Assembly (NCBI GenBank): GCA_002923315.1
Contig: BEHM01000001.1
Span: 56,506-120,505 of the forward strand
Direction of reading: 5' to 3'
Origin: a bacterium HR10
Lineage (GTDB): Bacteria; Acidobacteriota; Blastocatellia; HR10
Length of the DNA stretch: 64,000 nucleotides
Under the pieces are notes generated by a model that saw only the letters and a list, made by a program, of their open reading frames with translations, was not told the origin of the DNA and did not search any database. Both the position numbers and the translations under genes were made by a program. Shown one piece after another: positions 55,993-64,000 of this stretch. Position 1 is the stretch's first letter. Each line of letters begins with the position of its first letter.

Positions 55993-57162
55993 TCACGCGG
56001 CGGAATCCCAGAGGTCGAGGGATTTCAACCCCGATCCCGTGTTGAACAGGACGATGCGCTCTTCGGGGTGAACCTCCCCGCGCGCGAGGAGCTTCTTGAG
56101 GGCGGGAAGGCAAGCGGCGCCTTCGGGGCAGGCGAACACCCCCTCCAGGCGAGCCAGCTCGCGCATGGCCTCCACGATCTCGTGATCCTCGACGGCGATG
56201 GCTCCCCCGCGACTGCGCCGCAGGATGTCGAGGATGAGGAAATCGCCGAGCGCCCGGGGGACCCGCAGTCCAGCGGCGATCGTGTGGGCGTCGCGAACCT
56301 CCTCGGCTTCGGCTTTCCCCTCCCGGAAGGCGCGCACAATCGGCGCGCATCCGCTCGCCTGAACGGCGAAGAAACGCGGTCGTTCCGCTCCGATCCATCC
56401 GAGGGCTTCCATCTCCTCGAACGCCTTCCACATGCCGATCAATCCCGTCCCCCCTCCCGTGGGGTAGAGGATCACATCGGGGAGCTGCCCGTTCAGTTGC
56501 TCCACCAGCTCATATCCCATCGTCTTCTTGCCTTCAACGCGGTAGGGTTCCTTCAACGTCGAGACATCGAAGTACCCCTGCGCGGTCTGCTCGGCGGCGA
56601 GTCGTCGCGCGCACTCCGTGATGAGGCCGTCCACCAAGACGACACGCGCGCCGTAGAGTTCCGCCTCCCGACGATTGGCTTCGGGAGCATCGCGCGGCAT
56701 GAAGACGAAGGCTTCCAAGCCGGCGCGCGCGGCGTACGCAGCGAGCGCGCCCGCGGCATTCCCCGCGCTCGGAACGGCCAAGCGTCGAAGGCCGAGCTGT
56801 CGCGCCATGGAGACGGCCACGGCCATGCCCCGCGCTTTGAACGTGCCCGTCGGATTCGCCGATTCGTCCTTGATGTAGAGGGTGCGAACGCCCACGCGCT
56901 CCGCCAGGCGGCGACACGCCAGCAGTGGCGTGAATCCTTCGCCGAGCGAGACGATCGCCGCTGCATCCTCCACGGGGAGGACCTCCCGATACCGCCAGAG
57001 CGTCGGCTCCCGATGCGCGAGCGCCGCGCGCGTGAGCGTGCGCGCCGCTCGTTCCAGATCATAGCGCACCAGCAGCGGCTTACCGCACGCGCAGAGCTGA
57101 TAGACGCGCCCCGGTGGATAGGAGCGGTGGCATTTGGAGCAGACGAGCGACGTCACGTGCAT
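55993..57162 (-). CDS. thrC: threonine synthase with an N-terminal zinc-ribbon
   Basis: The PLP-lysine context is KDESANPTGTFKARG. It has a CxxC...CxC N-terminus (CSKCH...CACG). The start may be 57192 or 57162. Confidence 0.85.
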   Translation of the reverse strand: MHVTSLVCSKCHRSYPPGRVYQLCACGKPLLVRYDLERAARTLTRAALAHREPTLWRYREVLPVEDAAAIVSLGEGFTPLLACRRLAERVGVRTLYIKDESANPTGTFKARGMAVAVSMARQLGLRRLAVPSAGNAAGALAAYAARAGLEAFVFMPRDAPEANRREAELYGARVVLVDGLITECARRLAAEQTAQGYFDVSTLKEPYRVEGKKTMGYELVEQLNGQLPDVILYPTGGGTGLIGMWKAFEEMEALGWIGAERPRFFAVQASGCAPIVRAFREGKAEAEEVRDAHTIAAGLRVPRALGDFLILDILRRSRGGAIAVEDHEIVEAMRELARLEGVFACPEGAACLPALKKLLARGEVHPEERIVLFNTGSGLKSLDLWDSAA

Positions 57163-57270
57163 AGGACCATGACCGTAGCATAATTCCCCCATCGAGGGAA
57201 AGAGAAACGGAGCCTCGGCGTCGAAAAGGGGAGGATCGCGCCTTGACGAATCGTTCGAGACGCAGATACG

Positions 57271-58119
57271 GTGATGCTGATGGTGAAGCTCGTGGCCGTT
57301 GACATAGACGGGACACTGCTGACGTCAGCGCGGGTGATCTCACCGGCGACGCGAGCCGCGATCCGCGATGTCCTCGATCGCGGGGTGCGCGTGGTCCTGG
57401 TCACCGGTCGGAGTTTCCCCCACGCGCGTCCGTTCGCGGAAGAGCTGGGACTGACGACGCCGCTCATCCTGCATAATGGGGCGCTCATGAAGGATGTCGC
57501 GGGGCGGATCTTCGCCGCGTACCGGCTCCCGAGTGAGACCACGCGCGAATTGATTCGTCGGGCGCGGGCGCATCGGATGGGCCTCGTCTGCTTCGACGAT
57601 CGCGATGGAGAAGACCATGCCGTGATCGAACCCATCGCGCCGGAGAACGAGCAGCTTCTTCGTTACGTGAGCCAGTGGCGGCATCCCCCCGAAGTGGTGC
57701 CCGACTTGCTGCGATATGCCGATCACGCTGTGCTCGCGCTGACGACTGTTGACCGGTGGGCGAGAGCCCGCCGCTTCGCAGAGGTGATTGGCGAAGAATT
57801 CCGCGGGCGCGTGCGCGTGTGGCGCACCGAGTATCCGCAGCGCGATATGGCGCTGCTCGATTTCGTCTCGCCCGAATGCTCGAAAGCCCGGGCGCTCGAT
57901 CATCTGGCGCGCCGATGGGGGATCGCGCCCTCGGAGATCATGGTCGTCGGGGACAACCGCAACGATGCGGAGATGTTCGCCTATGCGGGACTCGGCGTCG
58001 TGATGGGGAATGCGGAGGAGGAGCTGAAAGCGCTCGGCGACTATGTGACGGGGACCAACGATGAAGATGGGCTCGCTCAGGCCCTCCGCCGCTTCGTCCT
58101 CGGCGAAGCGCCCGCCTGA
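57271..58119 (+). CDS. Cof-type HAD-IIB family hydrolase
   Basis: VAVDIDGTLL (motif I) and GDNRNDAEMF (motif IV). Confidence 0.8.
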   Translation: MMLMVKLVAVDIDGTLLTSARVISPATRAAIRDVLDRGVRVVLVTGRSFPHARPFAEELGLTTPLILHNGALMKDVAGRIFAAYRLPSETTRELIRRARAHRMGLVCFDDRDGEDHAVIEPIAPENEQLLRYVSQWRHPPEVVPDLLRYADHAVLALTTVDRWARARRFAEVIGEEFRGRVRVWRTEYPQRDMALLDFVSPECSKARALDHLARRWGIAPSEIMVVGDNRNDAEMFAYAGLGVVMGNAEEELKALGDYVTGTNDEDGLAQALRRFVLGEAPA

Positions 58120-58136
58120 TGGTCGAGCGGGTGCCG

Positions 58137-59246
58137 TCAGACGGCCGTCTCCTCCTCGGCCGGTGCGCACAGGCGATAGATCAAGAATTCAAGAAGGGCA
58201 TCAGGAGGACCGAGCGAATTTTTGAGCGCGTCGTCCGCGCGCGCGATCTGTTGAAGGCCGGCGATGATCTCCTCGCGCGGGATGCGCCGCACGTGCTCGT
58301 TGAACCTCCCGGCGGCCAGCGGCGGCAGTCCCGCTGCGCGCGCGACCTCCGCGCTCGGCGCGCCGCGCGCCATCAGTTCTTTGGCGAGGAGCATGCGCCG
58401 GTAGAGGCTGGCGATGGCCCCCAGGATCTTCACCGGCTCCTCGCCCGCATCGAGTTGGCGGCGCAAGATGCGCCAGGCCGCCGCCGGTCGGCGCGCGAGG
58501 ATCCAATCCGTCAGCTCGAAGTTCGAGTGTTCGCGATGGCGCACAGCCAGAGCCTCCACATCCGAGCGCGCGATGTGGCCGCGCTCGCCGACGAACGTGA
58601 GGAGCTTGTCCAGCTCGGCAGCCAGCAGCATCAGGTCCGATCCCACCAGACCCACGAGCGCCGCCGCCGCCGCATCCTCGATAGTACCGTGGTGGCGGCG
58701 CACGTATCCTTTCACCCATTCGAGCGCCTCTCGTTCGGAGAGGCGTCGGAATTCGACAATCGTGCACGCCTTCATCAGGGCGGTGACGATCGTCAGCCGA
58801 CGGTCCACGCGTTCGAGGATGAAGACGAGCGTCGTCGTCGGGATCGGGTGTTTCAGGTATTCGATGAGCGCCGCGGACTCGCTCTCGGGCTCCGAAGCAT
58901 CTGAGATGCCTTCCGGAGCTTTCAATCGCTGATCCAGGTCGCGCACGATCACCAGGCGTCTGGGCGAGAGCACGGGGAGCTCGCGCGCCGCGGCCAGGAT
59001 GTCCGCGAGCGGCGTCTCGACCGCCGAGAAGTGCGAGAGGTTGAACGCGCGGTGCGCCGGATCAAGCGCTCGGGCGATGAGCGCGCGCAGGGCTTCGCCG
59101 AGCAGATATTCCTCCGGGGCATACTTCGACTCCTCCCCGGTCCGCCGCGCGCTCTCCGGCAGCCATCCGGTGAAGAGGTAGAGCGGTTCGATCTCCCCCT
59201 GCTCCAGGGCCTTTCGGAAGGCCTCGGGCGTGAGCCGCTTCGTCAT
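58137..59246 (-). CDS. holA: DNA polymerase III subunit delta
   Basis: HolA fold similarity, in the conserved leuS-lptE-holA arrangement. A 4-bp overlap with lptE. Confidence 0.8.
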   Translation of the reverse strand: MTKRLTPEAFRKALEQGEIEPLYLFTGWLPESARRTGEESKYAPEEYLLGEALRALIARALDPAHRAFNLSHFSAVETPLADILAAARELPVLSPRRLVIVRDLDQRLKAPEGISDASEPESESAALIEYLKHPIPTTTLVFILERVDRRLTIVTALMKACTIVEFRRLSEREALEWVKGYVRRHHGTIEDAAAAALVGLVGSDLMLLAAELDKLLTFVGERGHIARSDVEALAVRHREHSNFELTDWILARRPAAAWRILRRQLDAGEEPVKILGAIASLYRRMLLAKELMARGAPSAEVARAAGLPPLAAGRFNEHVRRIPREEIIAGLQQIARADDALKNSLGPPDALLEFLIYRLCAPAEEETAV

Positions 59247-59761
59247 GTCCCGAAGAGGATGAGCGAGACGAGGCTGCGCGCGAATTCGCGCGCGATGCGA
59301 TCCAGAGCTGGCCCCTCTTCCGCGAAGAGGCTCTCGGGGCCCTCCGGGATCTCATATTCGCCCCGGAAGACGAAACGCGGGTGATCGAAGAGGATCACGT
59401 TGCGGGTGAGATCGCGCAGGGTGACGCCAACGGTGATCGCGATCTCATACACGCGGACGCGCCCTGTCTCATCGAGGACGACCCCGCGATGCGTGAGCGA
59501 GCGGATGTTCCCCAAGAGCACCGCATCGGCCTGCTGGGGATCGGACGTGATGCGAACGCGCCGCGTGCGGCGCAGGAATTCCTCCATGACGGCTTGCGTG
59601 AACCGATGCTCGACGCGATATTGCAAGCTCGTGTTCTGGAAGGCTGGGATCGCGAGCGTGCGGATGTGACCGGGCAGGGACACGGACGCGCGCCGGTATC
59701 CGCACGGCCCCGCAAGGAGCAAGAGCGCGAAGAACCCACCGACGATGGCGCTCCGCCTCAT
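59243..59761 (-). CDS. lptE: LPS-assembly lipoprotein LptE
   Basis: A lipoprotein signal (LLLAGPCG) and LptE-like size and position, immediately downstream of the leuS-side genes. Confidence 0.7.
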   Translation of the reverse strand: MRRSAIVGGFFALLLLAGPCGYRRASVSLPGHIRTLAIPAFQNTSLQYRVEHRFTQAVMEEFLRRTRRVRITSDPQQADAVLLGNIRSLTHRGVVLDETGRVRVYEIAITVGVTLRDLTRNVILFDHPRFVFRGEYEIPEGPESLFAEEGPALDRIAREFARSLVSLILFGT

Positions 59762-60720
59762 GCCGCGCTCTCCCCGTGCTCGGCGCGCACTCTCGGGATG
59801 ACCCGTTCGGCGAATTGGCGCAGCGAGGGGTGATGAAACGGTGGCCGCGCGACGCAGATGAAATGCGTGACGCCGACCTCGAGATAGCGGCCGATGCGTT
59901 CGACGATCTCCTCGATCGAACCCACGAGGACCGTGGGCTCGACGGCCTCCGCGGGGCGGCCGTAGGTCTCGGCGAGCGCCTGCATGAGCGCGGCCTTCTC
60001 GCTCGCCGAGTCGGTCACGTGCATGACGCCAGCCCAGGAGACCTCGATCTCCTCGGTGTTGCGTCCGACGGCGCGACCGTGCTCGCGCAAGATGGCGATC
60101 TTCCTGCGGAAATCCTCAGGCGAGCCGAAGGTGTTCCATTGATCGGCATGTTCGGCGACGACGCGCAGCGTCAACTTCTCCCCCCCACCCCCGATCATGA
60201 TCGGCGGATGTGGACGCTGCACCGGCTTCGGCTCACAGTACGCCTCCTGCAGACGGTAGAATCGGCCCTCGAAGGTCACCTGCGGTTCCGTCCACAGGCG
60301 TTTGATGAGCTGAGCCGCTTCGCCCAGGCGCCGAATGCGCTCGGCCATCGTGTAGAAGGGGATGCCGTAGGCGACATGCTCCCGCTCGAACCACGCGGCG
60401 CCCAAGCCCAGGATCAGGCGACCCCCGCTGATGTGGTCGAGCGTCGCCCCCATCTTCGCGAGCACGGCCGGATGCCGATACGTATTCCCCGTGACGAGCA
60501 CGCCCGCGCGCACGCGCGAGGTCTGCGCCATGAGCGCCGTCAGCGCGATCCACCCTTCCAGGCAGGGGCCGGACGGATCGCCGAAGATGGGGAAGAAGTG
60601 ATCGAACGTCCACGCCGTGTCGTACCCCAGGTCATCGAGCAGATGCCAGGTCCGACGCAATTCCTCCCAGCTCGTGTGATGCGTTTGCGTGAGCACACCG
60701 AAACGAATCGGTCTCCTCAT
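59758..60720 (-). CDS. LLM-class (luciferase-like) flavin/F420-dependent oxidoreductase
   Basis: TIM-barrel LLM signature (GVLTQTHHTSWEE...GYDTAWTFDHF...LGLGAAW). It is inserted between leuS and lptE. Confidence 0.8.
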   Translation of the reverse strand: MRRPIRFGVLTQTHHTSWEELRRTWHLLDDLGYDTAWTFDHFFPIFGDPSGPCLEGWIALTALMAQTSRVRAGVLVTGNTYRHPAVLAKMGATLDHISGGRLILGLGAAWFEREHVAYGIPFYTMAERIRRLGEAAQLIKRLWTEPQVTFEGRFYRLQEAYCEPKPVQRPHPPIMIGGGGEKLTLRVVAEHADQWNTFGSPEDFRRKIAILREHGRAVGRNTEEIEVSWAGVMHVTDSASEKAALMQALAETYGRPAEAVEPTVLVGSIEEIVERIGRYLEVGVTHFICVARPPFHHPSLRQFAERVIPRVRAEHGESAA

Positions 60721-60783
60721 CGAACCCTCCTCGTACCCGATCTCGCGACGACCGAACGGATGCCGCCTCGCGGGAGAAGGCGC

Positions 60784-63327
60784 TCATCGCACGACGACGT
60801 TCACCAAGCGATCGGGCACGACGATGACTCTGATGACCTTGCGCCCATTGATGAACGCCTGCACTCTCGGATCGGCCAGGGCCGCGCGCTCATATTCCTC
60901 GGGCGGCGTCCCGGGCGGCAGGAAGATGCGGCTGCGGAGCTTCCCGTTGACCTGCACCGGGATCTCTAGCGTCTCGGCCTGGGCCCATCGCTCGTCGTAG
61001 CTCGGCCAGCGGGCTTTCACCAAGCTCTCGGTGTGGCCGAGCGCCTCCCACATCTCCTCGGCGAAGTGCGGGGCGAAAGGCGCCAGCATCACGACCAGCG
61101 CGTGGATCGCCTCGCCGAGGACATAGAGATCGGCCTCGGTGGCCTCCTCCACCGTGCGGAAGCGCGCTTCGAAATCCCCGATGGCGTTCATGAGCTCCAT
61201 CAGCTTCGCGATCGCCGTGTTGAACTGGAAATGCGACTCGATGTCTTCGGTCACGCCCCGGATCGTCTGATGCGTCTTTCGCCGCAGCGCTCGCTGTTCG
61301 GGCGTGAGGTGTTCCGACTCGGGCTGCGGGAGCGTCGCGAAGCGGCGAGCGAGGACCTCGTGCCACTTCCACAGCAGCGCGTGAATGCGGCGGAGGAAGC
61401 GGAACGCGCCTTCGACGCCCTCTTCCTTCCATTGCAGCTCGTTCTCTGGGGGAGCGGCGAAGAGGATGAAGATGCGCAGCGTATCCGCGCCGTACTTCTG
61501 GATCATCTCGTCGGGATCCACCCCGTTGCCGAGCGATTTCGACATGGCCATCCACCGGCCGGCATACGGACCTTCGGTGACGATATTGAGCACCATGCCT
61601 TGCGTGAGCAGGCGCGTGACGGGCTCGGAGAATTCGACCAGCCCCAGATCGCGCATGAATTTGCACCAGAAGCGGGTGTAGAGCAGGTGCATGATGGCGT
61701 GTTCGATCCCGCCGATGTACTGATCCACGGGCAGCCAGTAGCGCACGATCTCGGGATCGAAGGGCGCCCGGTCATTCTTCGGATCGCAATATCGGAAGTA
61801 GTACCAGGAGGAGTCCACGAAGGTGTCCATCGTGTCCGTATCGCGGCGCGCCGGCCCGTGACATTTCGGGCAGGTCGTGTGGACGAATTCCGGAACGTGA
61901 TCCAGGGGGGATCCGCGCTCGCCCGTGAACGGCGCGTCCGGGGGGAGGATGACCGGGAGCTGATCTTCCGGCACTGGGACGATCCCGCATCGCGGGCAGT
62001 GGATCATCGGGACGGGCGTGCCCCAATACCGCTGGCGCGAGATGCCCCAGTCGCGCAAGCGGTAATGAACGGTGGCGCGTCCGAACCCCTGCTGCTCCGC
62101 ATATTCGGTCATGCGACGCCGCGCCTCTTCCGAGGCCAGCCCATCGAAGGGCCCCGAATGGATCAAAACCCCCTCGCCCTCATACGCTGCCGTCAGCTCA
62201 GCGAAGACGATCGGATGCCCCTCTTCATCCAGCGGCGCGATCACCTGTCGAATGGGCAAGCCATATTTCCGCGAGAACTCGAAATCGCGCTGATCGTGCG
62301 CCGGCACGGACATGATCGCCCCCGTCCCGTACTCCATCAGGATGAAGTTCGCGATCCAGATGGGGAGCCGTTCGCCGGTGAAGGGGTTGTGGGCGTAGAA
62401 TCCGGTCTCCACGCCCTCCTTCTCCATGTCCTCGGCCGAGCGGGCGCGCCGGTCCATCTTCTCCAGGCGCGCGATGAAGTCGAGCACCCGAGCTCGATGC
62501 GCCGAGGCTTCGGCCAATTGTCGCGCCATGGGATGTTCGGGCGCCAGGAGCACAGCATTGGCCCCGTAGATCGTATCAATGCGCGTCGTGAAGATCGAGA
62601 TGGCCTCGTCGCGCCCCTCGAGGCGGAAGTCCACCGTCGCCCCCACGCTCTTCCCGATCCAATTCCGCTGCATCGTGCGCACGCGTTCGGGCCATCCCTC
62701 GCCCAGCTCCTCCAGACCGCGCAGCAATTCCTCCGCGTACTCGGTGATCCTCACGAACCATTGTTCGAGTTGTCGCTGCTCGACCGCCGAGCCGCAGCGC
62801 CAGCATCCGCCTTGCGCTTGCTCGTTCGAGAGGACCGTTTGACATTGCGGGCACCAGTTCACGGGCGAGAGCTTCCGATAAACGAGTCCCCGCTCGTACA
62901 TCTTGAGGAAGAACCACTGATTCCATCGGTAGTATTCGGGCGTATGGCTGGCGATCTCGCGGCGCCAATCATAGCTGATGCCGAGCCGGCGCAGTTGCTG
63001 CCGCATGTAGGCGATGTTCTCCTCGGTCCAGACCGCTGGATGAATCCCGCGCTTGATCGCCGCCTGTTCGGCCGGTTGCCCGAAGGAATCCCATCCCATC
63101 GGATGCAGGACGTTGTACCCCTGCAGGCGTTTGTACCAGGAGAGGGCATCGCCGATCGTGTAGTTGCGGACATGCCCCATGTGGAGACGGCCCGACGGAT
63201 ACGGCAGCATCTCCAGGCAATAGAACTTCGGGCGCGTGGGGTCAACGTCAACCTCAAACGCCCGCTCCTGTTCCCATCGGGCTTGCCACTTCGCCTCGAC
63301 CTCGTGTGGGTAATATTTCGCTTTCAT
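60784..63327 (-). CDS. leuS: leucine--tRNA ligase
   Basis: I chose the start at [11 protein letters not shown] (63327). It has HIGH (HMGHVRNY) and KMSKS (AMSKSLGN) motifs and a CP1 editing domain. Confidence 0.9.
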   Translation of the reverse strand: MKAKYYPHEVEAKWQARWEQERAFEVDVDPTRPKFYCLEMLPYPSGRLHMGHVRNYTIGDALSWYKRLQGYNVLHPMGWDSFGQPAEQAAIKRGIHPAVWTEENIAYMRQQLRRLGISYDWRREIASHTPEYYRWNQWFFLKMYERGLVYRKLSPVNWCPQCQTVLSNEQAQGGCWRCGSAVEQRQLEQWFVRITEYAEELLRGLEELGEGWPERVRTMQRNWIGKSVGATVDFRLEGRDEAISIFTTRIDTIYGANAVLLAPEHPMARQLAEASAHRARVLDFIARLEKMDRRARSAEDMEKEGVETGFYAHNPFTGERLPIWIANFILMEYGTGAIMSVPAHDQRDFEFSRKYGLPIRQVIAPLDEEGHPIVFAELTAAYEGEGVLIHSGPFDGLASEEARRRMTEYAEQQGFGRATVHYRLRDWGISRQRYWGTPVPMIHCPRCGIVPVPEDQLPVILPPDAPFTGERGSPLDHVPEFVHTTCPKCHGPARRDTDTMDTFVDSSWYYFRYCDPKNDRAPFDPEIVRYWLPVDQYIGGIEHAIMHLLYTRFWCKFMRDLGLVEFSEPVTRLLTQGMVLNIVTEGPYAGRWMAMSKSLGNGVDPDEMIQKYGADTLRIFILFAAPPENELQWKEEGVEGAFRFLRRIHALLWKWHEVLARRFATLPQPESEHLTPEQRALRRKTHQTIRGVTEDIESHFQFNTAIAKLMELMNAIGDFEARFRTVEEATEADLYVLGEAIHALVVMLAPFAPHFAEEMWEALGHTESLVKARWPSYDERWAQAETLEIPVQVNGKLRSRIFLPPGTPPEEYERAALADPRVQAFINGRKVIRVIVVPDRLVNVVVR

Positions 63328-63432
63328 CGCCGATCGCCTCGCGCGTGATCTTCGCGTCGGTCGCGAGTTCTCATTATAAATTTCTCGCCGCGGGAAGGGC
63401 AACGCGGGTTCGCCGCCGCGAGCCCGCAGCGC

Positions 63433-63705
63433 TCACCATTTTCCGAGCAGCATCGCCAGGCCGATGAGGATGAAGGCGCTCGCGGCGATCTTGCGCAGGT
63501 ACTCTTCGGGAATGTAGCGCACGAGCACCGCTCCCCCGAGGACCCCCAGCAACGTCACGACACTCATGGCCAGGGAGGCGCCCAAGAAGACCGCCAGTGG
63601 GGACTTCGTGCGTGAGACCATGCTGATGGCCGTCAGTTGCGTCTTATCGCCCATCTCCGCGAGGAAGATGAGGGCGAACGTCGTCAGGAAGGCGTGCCAG
63701 TTCAT
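63433..63705 (-). CDS. half-size UPF0016/GDT1 (TMEM165) family membrane protein
   Basis: A single E-x-G-D-K-T motif (LAEMGDKTQL) and three TM helices. Full-length GDT1 proteins carry two such repeats. Confidence 0.75.
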   Translation of the reverse strand: MNWHAFLTTFALIFLAEMGDKTQLTAISMVSRTKSPLAVFLGASLAMSVVTLLGVLGGAVLVRYIPEEYLRKIAASAFILIGLAMLLGKW

Positions 63706-63794
63706 GTCCTCCTCCGTTCGAATGTGAAGGGAGATCCACCCGGCTCACGGTGCGTGCCCTCCGCGCGACGACCGGGGGCCGTTCGGCGCGCGCG

Positions 63795-64000
63795 TCATGG
63801 GCGCTCCCGCTGCATCTGGCGGGCGACCTCTTCGGCGCGGGCGAAGACGCGCAGGAAGTTCTCGCCGAGGATCTTCTTGATGTCCCGCTCGCTGTAGCCG
63901 CGTTTGAGCAGCTCGTAGGTGATGCGCGGGAGCTTCGAGCAATCGTCCAAGCCTTCGGGCAGACTCTCCACGCCATCGAAGTCCGAACCGAGGCCGACGT
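63795..64000 (-). CDS. membrane dipeptidase (peptidase M19), C-terminal part (5' end beyond the window)
   Basis: The minus-strand translation ...GLGSDFDGVESLPEGLDDCSKLPRITYELLKRGYSERDIKKILGENFLRVFARAEEVARQMQRERP* matches the M19 C-terminus. There is no start within the window. Confidence 0.55.
   Translation of the reverse strand, partial: VGLGSDFDGVESLPEGLDDCSKLPRITYELLKRGYSERDIKKILGENFLRVFARAEEVARQMQRERP

Noticed and set aside
56524-56555. Direct repeat TTCAAC...TTCAAC inside thrC.
   Set aside because: It is coding sequence. It is not the palindromic form and is unrelated to the 29.3-kb operator motif.
1-64000. A search for CRISPR arrays, transposases, integrases, phage genes, rRNA and tRNA.
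   Set aside because: None was found. Intergenic regions are short (mostly under 250 bp) and contain no tRNA-like T-arm motifs or repeat-spacer structure that I could see by eye.

Overview
This 64-kb window is high-GC (by eye about 65-70% G+C) and gene-dense. It appears to come from a Gram-negative bacterium: it carries lptB, lptE and an LptA/C-like gene, and has a canonical rpoN neighbourhood. I found no rRNA, tRNA, CRISPR array, transposase or integrase.

Most of the window is core chromosome:
- thrB (3' end), malQ, polA
- the block recJ, LptA/C-like, lptB, rpoN, hpf, hprK, rapZ, EIIA-Man, ptsH, ptsI
- a sodium:solute symporter
- glmU-glmS, ruvX-mltG, carD, a CorC/HlyC-family gene, thrC, holA-lptE, leuS

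The striking part is a block of about 10 kb at 20.0-30.4 kb. It looks like a sigma-54-controlled transmembrane electron-transfer system that has not, to my knowledge, been described as a unit. It contains:
- a cytoplasm-facing 4x[4Fe-4S] ferredoxin with a C-terminal anchor
- an NrfD/PsrC-type membrane subunit fused to a cytochrome-c7-like triheme domain
- a sensor histidine kinase whose periplasmic domain carries CxxCH and CX4CH haem-c motifs
- a sigma-54 activator carrying the GAFTGA motif
- an archaemetzincin
- two membrane-associated GcvH-like proteins
- a periplasmic C_GCAxxG_C_C protein fused to a dihaem cytochrome
- a pentahaem cytochrome c

The intergenic region between the GcvH-like gene and the C_GCAxxG gene holds three copies of a 15-bp palindrome, GTTGAA-TTC-TTCAAC, flanked by two divergent near-consensus sigma-54 promoters.

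Other items worth a second look:
- a coiled-coil protein built from 42-bp tandem repeats that use rare ATA codons, with a DUF3782-like C-terminus
- glmS encoding Ser instead of the catalytic Cys at position 2
- an ABC-2 transporter operon ending in a metal-site-degenerate M1-aminopeptidase/TPR protein
- a Cys-less redoxin-fold protein
- a small ORF whose start lies in a perfect 14-bp palindrome, with a TATAAT promoter and a hairpin that sequesters the Shine-Dalgarno
- a regulatory PTS (HprK, HPr, EI, EIIA-Man, no permease) embedded in the rpoN cluster

Many long ORFs on the opposite strand of real genes are high-GC shadow ORFs and were rejected.
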